A stretch of 63,260 bases of DNA, the filler included, from Octopus bimaculoides (Eukaryota), in assembly GCF_001194135.2 (NCBI RefSeq). It is 5 parts of 4 records of this genome, joined end to end, with 100 filler letters (N's around TTAATTAATTAA, not from the genome) between each part and the next. Parts side by side here need not be neighbours in the genome. Positions count along the whole stretch, not along the records: positions 19,339 to 41,083 come from NC_068990.1; positions 41,184 to 51,242 come from NC_068991.1; 3 more parts are not named here. One strand, written 5' to 3'. The position numbers and the translations under genes are program-made. The notes beneath the pieces were generated by a model. The model was not told the origin of the DNA, made no database searches, and saw only the letters and a program-made list of their open reading frames with translations. Of the stretch, positions 34,231-47,311 are shown in pieces (the first letter of the stretch is position 1; each line of letters starts with the position of its first letter).

Positions 34231-35450
34231 AGCACTTTGGATCGTTTCTCAATATATAGAAGCAGTTAAGAATGGATCCATTTTTAGCCAAGGAATCCCA
34301 CAATTGTAAAAATAATCACCATCAGTCGCTTCTAAATGCTTCAAATAGTTAATTAACTTCTATGTCACCCTATTGTTTTTCTCTATGAATTTAATACATT
34401 TTGATACCATTATCAAATTGCCCATTCTTAAAGAATATGCACATATATTTCGTTGATGAGAAAGTCAATGATTCACTATTCAGGTTCAATTCATGGTTCT
34501 TCAATTATTATTTAAAGCAAGAATTTTTTGCCATCCCACCATTAAAATCGTACTGTCTGTAACTACACTGTTAAATCTCTCGCTAAGTAAATCGAATCCG
34601 GTTATTTTCAATATGATTCCGGAGACAAAAATAAGGTAGTCACCTCTGTCAGATCCATGCACCAATTCTTCTTATATCGTAAAAATGTCCATATTTCACA
34701 TACAATTGTAGCTAAATCGTCCATGTTTACTATATCTGTCGTTTCATCAACACTTATCAAACTTACGTTCTTAAGCAATATATCTTAAAGATGAAGGTAG
34801 CCAGCTGGCAGAATCATTAGAACACCGGGCGAAATGCTTAGCGGTATTTTGTCTGCCGTTACGTTCTGAGTTCAAATTCCGCCGAGGTCGACTTTGCCTT
34901 TCATCCTTTCGGGGTCAATAAATTAAGTACCAGTTATGCACTGGGGTCGATGTAATTGACTTGTTTGTCCCCTCCATGTTTAGCCCCTTGTGGGCAATAA
35001 AGAAATAAGAGTCGTTAGCACACGGAGTAAATCGCTTAACAACATTTCGTCTAGCTGTACGTTCTGAGTTCAAATTCCGCGGAGTTCGATTTGGCCTTTC
35101 ATCCTTTTCGGAGTCGATAAAACAAGTATCAGTTGATTACTGAGATCGATTTAATCGACTTCACCCTGCTCCCGAATTTGCTGGCCTTCTGAGAACATTT
35201 GAAACCAATATATTTTAAGGATATTTCAATATATTTGACAATGCCTCTTATATAAGTCAGAAACTATTATCTGTGTTAAATAATAATTCTCAAGCAATCA
35301 AACTTGTCTTGAGTAAAAATTCGTGCAACATCATCTATACGCTCTTTAACAAACTCTACGCCGATATGAGGTTTCACTTTGTTTGCAATTAACTCAGGCA
35401 CTTCATAATCAGTTTGCGTCACGAGTATTTTCATTAATATGACTTCTGAA
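34230..35450 (-). pseudogene. hAT (Buster/SPIN/ZBED5-like) transposase fossil interrupted by SINEs
   Basis: KVKPHIGVEFVK; SLISVDETTDI (cf. LDESTD); TDSTILMVG (cf. TDGAPAMVG); H*LSHQRNICA (cf. HCIIHQENLC); YNCGIPWL (cf. EVRWL). Correct order, many stops. Confidence 0.75.
34796..35207 (+). mobile_element. Tandem/nested pair of family B SINEs (tail type 1 then tail type 2)
   Basis: Two gagttcaaattccg blocks; the pair is flanked by caatatatcttaaagat (34776-34792) / caatatattttaaggat (35206-35222). Confidence 0.85.
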
Positions 35451-35734
35451 AGGAGAATTTTGTTTGCCGAATAAAACTTTTGAAAATAATAGCTTGTCTA
35501 AATGAAAAGCTACCTTCATTTTCCTATCCGTTGTGCTTGGTCAAATAGTTGCCCTCACGATTGCCTTTTATATAAATTTCTACCAGGTCTTTACGAATAA
35601 CACCCCCAACACATACACACTAACATTGTTTGCCTATTGATCGTCTCGTTATATTGGTTAGTCCACATCACTCTGAAAGGAGGATAAGGTTGGGTTCCTG
35701 GTTTCTCTGGCATATATATCCCCTCATTGCGAGA

Positions 35735-35866
35735 TGAGTGGGCAGAAGCAACGTCAAATTAAATATTTTACTAAAGAATATAAGGCATCCTTTGGTTCAG
35801 GAATCGAAACTGTGAGCTTACGTTTATGTGTCCAACATACTAAACACTAAACCATGCGCTTTCACA
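35735..35866 (-). mobile_element. Degenerate family D SINE head
   Basis: gcagaagcaacg..caggaatcgaaac..aaacactaaaccatgcgctttcaca. Confidence 0.55.
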
Positions 35867-37228
35867 TTAAGCCTAAGATATTTGTTTGACAGCGATCAAA
35901 AGCCACATGGTAATTGTTGTTGATGAATTTTCCAGTCGTAATTATTGTCAAATTTACAACAATAAATGATTAATTAGTTGCTGAATCTTTTCTCTCATAT
36001 AATAAAAACCAACTGCTAATGATCATCGCCTTTTCTTTCTTTCTTTCTTTCTTTCTTTCTTTTGTATCTTTTCTTTTTTTATGCTTGGAAGCATTCCGAT
36101 CAGATATGTGTTGTCAACATAACATGCTATCTTGATGAAGTGTTTCAGTAGAAATGAGTGGTAGTTTCTTCTGCATTCAGCCAGCAAACACATATTGTTT
36201 TGTATGAAGATTTTACGAGCAGACATTTGGCAAGAGTGCGGCTTTATTGAATGGAGTCGGAATTTGCGAATTTGCGAAGTATACTTCTAGTTCACACAGT
36301 AACCTCTATATCCATTTTAGAATTTATGCTGCAACATGTAAATCGTCAGTACTATTTAAATGACGATGGGTAAACGAAAAACGAAACAGACAAGAAACAG
36401 TAGAATAAATAGCTATCGGTATTTAGTCAAGTTCCTTCAGACTCAGAGTTCAAAGAAGGAGACCTATGCAACGTCTTTCGACGGGCGCAAGATGTGATCT
36501 GAATCTCTTTTAAATTATACCCTGTCTTAGTAAATAACAATTGAGATAATATTTCAGGATGTTTGAAATAGACGTGATACTCCAAGTTGGAATTCTTTGA
36601 TGATAATAGAAATTTGTATTATTCGGAAGTTGCTGGCATACGGATCTATATGCATCCAAAAGAGCTTTGCGTACTCAGTAATCTTGCTTGAAACAGCTGC
36701 CAAATCTCCCTCAAATTACATTCCACTGTCTGAGAAAAGAAACTACGCAATGGATACGAGCGATGTCTACATCAATACAGAGGAACGAGAGAGTCAGCTA
36801 CTAATGTTCGGCAAAGTATAATACTACTGATTCAAGCAGTGACATAAACGTTATGCCGTAAGGGGGTGTTTATATGTATGTATATATATANNNNNNNNNN
36901 ATATATAAGTTGTAAGGTAAAAATAAAGATCGGGGTCATGAAGACCGAAATTCATTTGAAGATGCTTATGATCGATTGCGACTGATGTATGCCAATGTGA
37001 CATGAAGAAGAAGAAATACTGAAGAATAAGATGACATTCCAGCGCCTCAGGCTAAATTTATACTTGCATCATAAAAGACGCATTAAACATCAATAAGCTA
37101 AGCTAGGTTCAGCTGGTGCTGGTTCAAACTATATCAAATATCATTCTAGGTTCAACTGGTACAGGTCGAAATCATGCCAAATTTATTTATGTTACACACA
37201 CACACACATATATGTACATATATGTGTG

Positions 37229-37259
<31 letters not shown>

Positions 37260-39541
37260 GTATGTATGTGTGTGTGTGTGTGTATATATATATATGTGTG
37301 TGTGTATGTGTGAGTATATATATATATATATGTATGTATGTATGTGTATGTATTCTATTTTGCAATTGATGACTAATAGTCTCGTTAGGAACGTGTTGTG
37401 TTTCATCCAATTCATAAATACATACACACACGTACACACACATACGCATGTGCGCACACGCACACACACACACATACACACACATACACACGCACACACG
37501 CACGTACACACACATACACACGCACACACGTTAATTAAAACATATAGGCTGAAACAACGTGAAATGAAATACAAAAGTGAGCTACAAATGTAGAGACAGA
37601 ACGACAGTTGAAGTTTTATCTTATTTCTCGGTTCATGGAGAAATGGAAGATGGAGTGAATCTATCATTTTAGAATAGATATGTTGGAAAGGGTGTTATAT
37701 TGGCCAGTCTACTTCGTATAGTTCTTGTCATGCTTAATACTGCTTTTAGCGTGTCAATTAGGATAGGCTTCTTTATTCGGAGGTTGCCTGTTTACGGTTC
37801 AGACGGTAACACAGGCAAACTTCAACTCAATATACATCTCTGACTGATAGTAGAGCTTGCTTTGAGTGTAAAATGGCATTCAAATTTAATTTTATTATAT
37901 GAAACAGGGAATACTATTTTGGATAATGTTGGCCTAGCAAAGCAAAACACAAAGTGATTCTCATTTGTGGAATACAAAGATGTTTCCCTCTGGTGGTTGA
38001 CCTCGGGCTAAGCAGCGACTATTTTTAACTAGAAATTTTCGACAACTGAGAGAGAATATAGCTTCAAATAAAAGTGCCGGTCATGTATATAAATAAAACA
38101 ATTGCATGATAACCGGTGTTGCTTTATGCAAGCAATGTTTAGTGTTGTTTTATGATGAAGGAAAGTGCATCACTTGTAACAAGCGATAACTATTAAGTGT
38201 TTCTTTTAAGATGAAAGATGTATATGGGAATCGTTAACGTTGGTTTCATTTTCTTCGCATGATTAAACACGGGCGGAAAAATAAATAGAGCAAGCGTGTG
38301 TAATAAATCTTCTATCTCATTGCCTTCGTTCAACTAGATGCATATAGGTCTAGTAAGAATATAAATTTTTCTCACTACAGAGATAAAGTTACAGGATATA
38401 TATTTTAAGATGACGTGTTGAAGTGTTAAAATATGTAGACATATTATGTAGTAAATATTTTCTTTATTCTAAATACTTTTATCGTTTTACTGGCTAAGGC
38501 CGGTGGACTGTATCCGTGTTGGAGCAAAAGGATCGTTACAACTCAGGTATATATTTCACACTGTTGTTTTTGTTTTATTGATTTTTGTGTATCGAATAGC
38601 AGATGTTACGCTTCATGACATAACACAGGGTTTTATGGCTGTTAAAGTAAACACACATACAGAAGAGCTTATTACACACCCATATGCGTGCACGAACATA
38701 CACTCATACACACAGATATGTTGCAAATGTATTGTATCAAATGTTGACAATCTACTCTGTGAGCCTCCTCCTTCTCTCTTTGTACATATATATGTGTATA
38801 CACATACATACATACATACATACTAGATACATGCATACATACATGCGTACATATATATATACGTTAAATACTTTTNNNNNNNNNNNNNNNNNNNNNNNNN
38901 NNNNNNNNNNNNNNNNNNNNNNNNNNNNNNNNNNNNNNNNNNNNNNNNNNNNNNNNNNNNNNNNNNNNNNNNNNNNNNNNNNNNNNNNNNNNNNNNNNNN
39001 NNNNNNNNNNNNNNNNNNNNNNNNNNNNNNNNNNNNNNNNNNNNNNNNNNNNNNNNNNNNNNNNNNNNNNNNNNNNNNNNNNNNNNNNNNNNNNNNNNNN
39101 NNNNNNNNNNNNNNNNNNNNNNNNNNNNNNNNNNNNNNNNNNNNNNNNNNNNNNNNNNNNNNNNNNNNNNNNNNNNNNNNNNNNNNNNNNNNNNNNNNNN
39201 NNNNNNNNNNNNNNNNNNNNNNNNNNNNNNNNNNNNNNNNNNNNNNNNNNNNNNNNNNNNNNNNNNNNNNNNNNNNNNNNNNNNNNNNNNNNNNNNNNNN
39301 NNNNNNNNNNNNNNNNNNNNNNNNNNNNNNNNNNNNNNNNNNNNNNNNNNNNNNNNNNNNNNNNNNNNNNNNNNNNNNNNNNNNNNNNNNNNNNNNNNNN
39401 NNNNNNNNNNNNNNNNNNNNNNNNNNNNNNNNNNNNNNNNNNNNNNNNNNNNNNNNNNNNNNNNNNNNNNNNNNNNNNNNNNNNNNNNNNNNNNNNNNNN
39501 NNNNNNNNNNNNNNNNNNNNNNNNNNNNNNNNNNNNNNNNN

Positions 39542-39577
<36 letters not shown>

Positions 39578-39758
39578 TTATAAAGTACGCTAATCACAAG
39601 ATACAGATCACTATACTTGAAGTAGATCGACAGGTGATACTCTACGTGCAATTCGCACGTCACCAGTAGCAGTCGTACTTATAAATGTACACTGAAGAAA
39701 TACAATGTATATGTGTGTGCGTGTATTCAAACACACATACACATACATATATACATGC

Positions 39759-39790
<32 letters not shown>

Positions 39791-40325
39791 TACGCTTATA
39801 TATTTTAAGAGCTCCGACGAGGAAAGACTGCTTACTACGCCGTGCTGCAAAAAAAAGTTGCCGGAAAATAACATTTTTTTTATAGCGACTGGCTTTTCTA
39901 TGTTATAAAATATTTTATTCTCACCGTTTTCTTTTAAGCCAATGTTTATCTTATTTTCTTTCTCTCAAAGAAAGATATTTATTTTTGATATCCCATTCTA
40001 AAATCTGGCTTTATTTATCTACAGTATATGTGAAGTGAATAAATTATAAGGTGGTATGATTATAGCTCTGCTCGTCAAAATATGCGACATATTTAGTCTG
40101 TGACTCACGTCAGATTGAATTTTGACACTTACATCTATAGATCCATACATCAAATTTTCTGTCACTTGCACAAAAATAAGAAGAAAAAAGAGAAGAAAGC
40201 CAAAAGATAAAAGAAAAGAAAATTCAGTTCTTGACAATTTATGGCCCAGAAAACAACGTCACGAAAATTCTAATAGTGCTTTTTTCTTTAGAACCGATAC
40301 CACTTTTCAGTACATGTACATATGC

Positions 40326-40710
40326 TGTTGTTGGCATTCCGTCGCTTACGACGTCGAGGGTTCCAGTTGATACTATCAACAGAACAGCCTGCTCGTGAAA
40401 TTAACGTGCAAGTGGCTGAGCACTCCACAGACACGTGTACCCTTAACGTAGTTCTCGGAGATATTCAGCGTGACACAGAGTGTGACAAGGCTGACCCTTT
40501 GAATTACAGGCACAACAGAAACAGGAAGTAAGAGTGAGAGAAAGTTGTGGTGAAAGAGTACAGCAGGGTTCGCCACCATCCCCTACCGGAGCCTCGTGGA
40601 GCTTTAGGTGTTTTCGCTCAATAAACACTCACAACGCCCTGTCTGGGAATCGAAACCGCGATCCTATGACAGCGGGTCCGCTGCCCTAACCACTGGGGCA
40701 TTTCGCCTCC
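40326..40710 (-). mobile_element. Family A SINE, full length
   Basis: Reverse complement of 9005-9373 with an intact tRNA-like head. Confidence 0.9.
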
Positions 40711-40735
40711 ACACATGTACATATATATGTATGTA

Positions 40736-40948
40736 AAGCAGCAAGCTCACAGAATAGTTAATACCTGGCTCTAGCAACTCGTGGTATCTCGTCCGAATTT
40801 ACGTTCTATGTTCAAATTCCGCCGAGGCCGGCTTTGCTTTTCATCTTTTCAATGTCGAAGAACCAAGTACCAGTTGAGTACTGGAGTCGACGTAATCGAT
40901 TTTTCCCCACCTCCGAAGTTGGTGGCCTCGTGGCAAAATTTGAAAACA
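40736..40948 (+). mobile_element. Family B SINE (tail type 2)
   Basis: gttcaaattccgccgagg..aagtaccagttgagtactggagtcgacgtaatcga..gtggcaaaatttgaaaac. Confidence 0.8.
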
Positions 40949-41016
40949 ATATATATGTACACACACACATACATACACATAAACACATACACATAAACAC
41001 ATATATATATATATGC

Positions 41017-41083
<67 letters not shown>

Positions 41084-42437
41084 NNNNNNNNNNNNNNNNN
41101 NNNNNNNNNNNNNNNNNNNNNNNNNNNTTAATTAATTAANNNNNNNNNNNNNNNNNNNNNNNNNNNNNNNNNNNNNNNNNNNNGTGTGTGTGTGTGTGTG
41201 TGTGTGTGTGTGCATAACGTATGTATGTATACATGTATACGCGTATAAACATAAACACAGAATGCGGTAAAACCCCTCCAGCTTCACCATTCTTGCTAAA
41301 AGTATCAACAGCCATGGCACAGTGTGCACCAGTTCAAGCGATGATAATAATTGAGTGGTGGTGGGAAACAGAATGAATCCTTCTTTAAATGAAGACATCG
41401 TTATCACTTGCTTAACCTCTGTAGCGTTACATCGATGGATGTGTAAAGTATGAGATGTTTTTCTGTTGCCCCTTGCTCTTTTAAACTAAGATATCAATTA
41501 AGTTATAAAATGCAATTGCATCAGTTGACAATGCCGTAATTAGTCAATAATTTTCAGATTACATCGTTACTTTTGATTTAAAGAGAATCATCTAACTTTT
41601 TCCTTTTCCCTCAAGGTTATCGTTCACACGAATTTAACTTTCCAATCATCTATGTCACATGACCCACTTAGTTCTAAGTTAAGTGCTGTTATATGACTGG
41701 TTCGAATATTTTTCTACAATGCACGATTTTTATTTTGCCAGTTTGGTATCGTAACATTCTCAATGAAGAAACTCGAAACTCCGTAGTTAACGAGCCAAAT
41801 AGTATGGGATTTAATGAATAGCGGCCCGAGACTGTTCCGCCTATGAGGCTCTTCCTAAAAGGCTTTTTGACAATAATATACACAACAGGTGGAGACTTCT
41901 AGGGTTTTACAGCTCTTGGCTTCAACCTACCAAGCCTATGGGTAAATCCAGTCCTGCTTCACAACTAAGAGAAACCGAAAACATTAAATGGTTAGGCTGG
42001 TGGATCAGCAGAATCTGTAGAGTGGCGGATTAAATATTTCACACTAATTAGTTATTGGCCCTTATCTAGGTAAACCCGATGCTGCAGACGTCGGTTTTGC
42101 TGTTTGAGCGTCTAGGGTCAATTACTCTCCTTCTTAACACATTTCTAACGAGAATACAATTTAGTTTGTGTTTTGATTTACAAGAATTATGAAAGATTTA
42201 GCGAAATAACTAACTTGATAAAAAAAACAACAAAAAAAAACACATTCTTTTATATATTGTTGATATGTTATCTTCCTTGTAATAATATTTTGGTCAAAAA
42301 TTACTCAAAAGATAAATTCATACATAGTGAAACGTCATCTTATAATAATACCATTTCATGCAAAAATAAATAACTTGATAAAATATAAATTTAGACACAT
42401 TGATAACTGATGTCATCTTTTTTATAATAATGTTATT

Positions 42438-42498
<61 letters not shown>

Positions 42499-42517
42499 GT
42501 AATAATAATAATAGTAA

Positions 42518-42720
42518 AAATCTCGAGTAAAAATCTCGAGAAGTACGTGGAACAAATAGGGGCTGTAATAAGGGTGGAGCACTTGCAGAAAACAGCACTG
42601 CTTAGAACCACTCGAATACTCCGGAAGGTGCTCGGAAAATAAGAGGTGTTACCTTAGTTCACTGGAAGGGAACAACTGACACTGTAGTACATCTCCAGGG
42701 TTAGAAGCTGTGCAAAGGCA
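42518..42720 (+). mobile_element. R4/Dong-type LINE 3' fragment between (AAT)n tracts
   Basis: KNLEKYVEQIGAVIRVEHLQKTALLRTTRILRKVL*; (AAT)n at 42430-42515 and 42720-42733. Confidence 0.85.
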
Positions 42721-42852
42721 ATAATAATAATAATTTAAAGCTTGTTGATACCTAAGGTTACACGTAGTAACCCACCACCCACTTAAATTCTACCAGGAAT
42801 AAGAACGAACCATAATAATAATAATAATAATGATAATAATGATGATGATGAT

Positions 42853-43066
42853 GGTTTCAAATTTTGTCACAAGGTCAACAATTTCGGAGAAGAAGTCAGT
42901 CAATTACATGGACCCCACTGCTCAACGTGTACTTATGTTATCGACCCCGAAAAAAATGAAAGGCAAAAATCGACCTCGGAAGAATTTGAACTCAGAACAG
43001 AAAGACGAACGAAATGCCGCGAGACATTTTGTCCGACAGGTTAACGATTCTGCCAGCTCATTGTCT
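42853..43066 (-). mobile_element. Family B SINE (tail type 2)
   Basis: gtttcaaattttgtcacaagg..atcgaccccgaaa..tcgacctcggaagaatttgaactcag..ctgccagctc. Confidence 0.85.
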
Positions 43067-44391
43067 TCGTTAAGCGATGTAATACGGACTGTTAAAAATT
43101 ATTGATGTCATTAATGACGAATTTTCTAAAGATACTAAAGATAAATATTGCTGTTTTGAGCCCCAGTTGCAGCACATCCATGATGGAACATACTTGTGAT
43201 GAAAAGCATAAATAGTTTTTTTAACTTTAGATTACGTATATCCAGGATCATATTATTTTACGTATTCTTCCCCCTTTGAGATAATAAGGTGTAGTGAGGA
43301 GAAAATAGGGCTACTGCTATTTGTAGCAAATCAATTGACTGCTTAGTAGAGCTTCATTGCTGGATCGTCTTCAATATTTACATACTCCAACCATATTTGA
43401 AGAAACTGTGTTTCTTAAATCGAACAATTCCAAGTTTTATCTGTTTCCATTTCTTTAATAATTTTTCCCACGTACTGTTAATCATAAATTTTCTCATGTT
43501 CACTAGTTTTAATCTTTGCATGGATTCCTAGATTAAATGTATTTCCGTTTTATTGCATCACATTTTAACTATTTCTTTTTTATAAGATCTCCTTTTAGTT
43601 TTCGTGTTAGCATCGACTCATATTATTTACATCTATTCAGATGTTAGCTCAATAAAAACTGGTTTTGTAACAATGTTCATGTCGGTAAGATTGAGAATTA
43701 TACGTGCCTGGATTGTGAATTCAATTCCATTTGTAACAGGCATCATATATCGCTGCCTTGAAAACATAATTGCTAATTATAGATGTACATAATTGATATA
43801 TTATTTGTATATCTACAACTATTGTATTTATTGTTAAATGTTCTTTTTTTTTCAATGAGTTTATTTGAACTGTTACAGGGAATGGTACCTAATTTTTAGC
43901 TAGAATGTGGAAAGCAAAGAGTGTTGTAGAATAAAATGTACGCTTCTAACAGATATCGCTTCGATTTCTTATTGAAGCCATGTTAATAAAGCTATTAACG
44001 GTGAAGGGAAAATAAATAACCGAACATCTATAACAAAGATGGGAAGTTATATGGCCTAATGGTTCGAATCTTGATTATAAGCTTGTGAGTTCAACTCTTG
44101 GACGGTGTGGTGTTATTGTGCTTCTTTTTTAACAAGGCATTTTATTTCGAGCTTCTCTATTCTACAGAAATGTAATGAGTGCTACCCGAGGGGGTGTTAG
44201 TACTTTTCGCTCCTCCTGCTGCTGTCCCAACCTGGGTGTTCTGCCATGTGAAGAGTGTGAGGGTGGAGAAGTCAGCAAGTTATTATTTGTCTGTTTGTGA
44301 TTACATGGCTACTTAAAACAATGTATGAAAGCATGACGCCTGTTACCAAGTTATACTGACATGCCGGTGGCAGCTGGCTTTGCTTGAAATA

Positions 44392-44607
44392 TTCTTTTCT
44401 ACTCTTGGCACAAGGCCCGAAATTTTGGGGGAGGGGGCCAGTCGATTAGATCGACTCCGGTGCGCAACTGGTACTTAATTTATCGAACCCGAAAGGATGA
44501 AAGACAAAGTCGACCTTGGAGGAATTTGAACTCCGAATGTAAAGACAGACGAGATACCGCTAAGCAGTTCGACCGGCGAGCTAACGCTTCTGCCAGCTCA
44601 CCGCTTT
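44392..44607 (-). mobile_element. Family B SINE with a perfect 15-bp target-site duplication
   Basis: GCTTTGCTTGAAATA at 44377-44391 and 44608-44622. Confidence 0.92.
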
Positions 44608-45938
44608 GCTTTGCTTGAAATACTGACCATATTATGGTATGGAGTATTAAAAATATCTATCCAAAGTTCGCTATTCCGTTTCGATTCTTATTTACAGCAA
44701 ACTAATACCACAGGGAAAAACTTGAAGCTCTTCAAATTAATTCTCTTACATTATAAATGGATCGTCTGTCTCTAAATATGAAATCAATATCAAGATTGTC
44801 GGAAATTATTTGATTACTAAAGAACACATAGCGTCGGCCTCTGGTTGATATTGAGATGAGTGAAATCATAATATAAACAAACAGGAAATCTGATATAAGA
44901 ATAATAAACTGACTTCTTCAGATAATATATGCCTCCGTGGCTTATAATAACAGTTGCACATTGCATAGAAGAAAAACAGCATGGGAATAATTTCGATATC
45001 AATAATGAATCACGAAATAATGAAATATTGGAGTAGATATTATATGAGGATCACCAATTCATGGGTCTTGAGTTCATATTAGCTAGTGTTGTCCTTTTTT
45101 TCTTACCATAGGTCAGTATAAACTAAGTAAATCTATGCTCGAAAACATTCCAGCCATCACCATTCTGTCTCTGTCTGTTTGACTGTCTGTCTATCGGTCT
45201 CTCTCCCCTTCTTTTTCTCTCTCCTCTTCTCTTTCTCTCTCTCAGTCATCGTATATCTACAATTATATCCTGCCATTTTGAACTGAGATACACATTGTGT
45301 ATCGTTCAATGTGTACCACAACTTTCAGGACGGCTGGCTATAATCTGAGGGTTATTTCGCTGCTATGAATATTTCTTGCATTTTGAGTCACCAGGTGCAG
45401 ACTACCCTCGGTGGCTTATCAAGCGATTCCTTGGGTTTCTAAGCAAAGTATTTTAGGCGATTTGAAGACATTTTATCTATCACCTGGAAACTTATAAGCA
45501 AGTATTTCAGGATAATTGCAAACAGCGTTGAATAAATAGAACTTTATCTTTAATTCGTACCTTTGTTGAAGAGATGTTAGGTAATTGATTCTATTTAACA
45601 GAATTAATGGGGAAAAAAGAGACTAATGTTGTATAAATAAAGCAACGAACTATAGATAAGAGATTCTCAATTGTTGCTAATTAAGATCGTTTGATTTGTA
45701 AATGTGACGTGCAGTGGGATCACAAGTCTCTCTTCTCTCTTCCATTATGACTAATCAGCCACGCAGAGGTACATGAATAAATAAATAAAGAGATACGTAA
45801 ATAAAATAATAAAAAGATAGACTTCGAAGAAAGTTGTAATAGTTCGATTCATCAAATAAACGGTTAATAAAGTTTGTAAAATAGATTTTCAAGTTTCCTG
45901 TCGGCCACCATTTTGAAGATTTCAGACATTTGATGAAA

Positions 45939-46151
45939 GAAGCCCGTCTTATATATATATATATATATATATATATNNNNNNNNNNNNNNNNNNNNNNNN
46001 NNNNNNNNNNNNNNNNNNNNNNNNNNNNNNNNNNNNNNNNNNNNNNNNNNNNNNNNNNNNNNNNNNNNNNNNNNNNNNNNNNNNNNNNNNNNNNNNNNNN
46101 NNNNNNNNNNNNNNNNNNNNNNNNNNNNNNNNNNNNNNNNNNNNNNNNNNN

Positions 46152-46194
<43 letters not shown>

Positions 46195-46446
46195 ACATAT
46201 GTATATATCTATGTGTCTGTGTCTGTATCTGTGTCTGTGTCTCCCCACCATCGCTTGACAACCGGTGTTGGTGAGTTTATGCCCCGTAATTTGCAGTTCG
46301 ACAAAAAAAAAAAAAAATCAATAGAGTTAGTACCAGGCTTTAAAGAAATAAGTACTGTGGTCGATACATTCGATTAAAAAAATTCTTTAAGGCGGTGCTC
46401 CAGTATGGCCGTGGTCTAATTGCTGAAAAAATTAAAAGTTAAAAGA
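45939..46446 (+). mobile_element. Family C SINE body spanning a gap at its internal microsatellite
   Basis: gaagcccgtc (TA)n N (TG)n ..ccaccatcgcttgacaaccgg..aaggcggtgctccagtatggccg. Confidence 0.8.
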
Positions 46447-46630
46447 TATATATATATATATACATATAGATATGTATAAAAAATATATACATACATATAT
46501 ATATATATGTGCATATATAAGTACACAGACACAGACACAGTGTGCGCACGCACACTCGCACACACATATTTGTCTCTCGCTGAATGAAGCGTTTCTTTTG
46601 TTGACCGTAACCCTATAAGGGATCAGCACA

Positions 46631-46672
<42 letters not shown>

Positions 46673-47103
46673 CTTAAAAAGCCCCGGCTCTTGGGTTTCA
46701 CTTGGCAATATCAACAACCTTCTACAATACGTGTCAGCGAAAGATAAATGCATTCACACACACACACACTGACCATCTTCTGCATGGTTATCGCAAACAA
46801 ATTTCCCTCTCAGGGTAGCGATCAGTCAAAGAATCTGCTAAAAGACAGCTAAGGTACCGTCAGTAGGATCGAACCCAAAAGAAGATGGTTGGGAAGTGAA
46901 CATCTAAATAATTCAACTTCCTGAGCTTTACTGAATTCCAAGTATTTCTTCTTTCTCTCAATTTCAGTTGATGCAAAAAAAAAGCTTAGTTTCTCAGTAA
47001 AGATTTATTTACCAGAGAAATGAAACGGACTCACTCACTCAACTACACACATGTAACAAAGAGTAGGCATTTGCTGAGAAAATGCAAATTATGATTTTAG
47101 AAT

Positions 47104-47311
47104 TTTGGCACAAGGCCTACAATTCTAAGGGAGTAAGTAAGTCGACTTCATGACTCTTATATTCAACTGGTACTTAGTTTAGCGAACCCCGGAATAGTGA
47201 AAAGCAATGTCGGTCTCGGTGGAATTTGAACTCAGAACGTAAAGAACCGGAAGAAATTTTGATTTGTACTTTTGTCTGAATAGCTAACAAGTCTGCCAGT
47301 AGTTCGCCGCC
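47104..47311 (-). mobile_element. Family B SINE with a degenerate TSD
   Basis: ttatgattttagaat (47089-47103) / ttataattttaaaat (47312-47326), 13/15 identical. Confidence 0.8.

Noticed and set aside
37788-37835. Hairpin TTGCCTGT...ACAGGCAA
   Set aside because: An 8-bp stem without intact ribozyme or pre-miRNA features; could be chance or a decayed repeat.
39810-39880. CCGACGA...GTTGCCGGAAA hammerhead-like spacing
   Set aside because: Core mismatch, poor stem II, and no stem I pairing.
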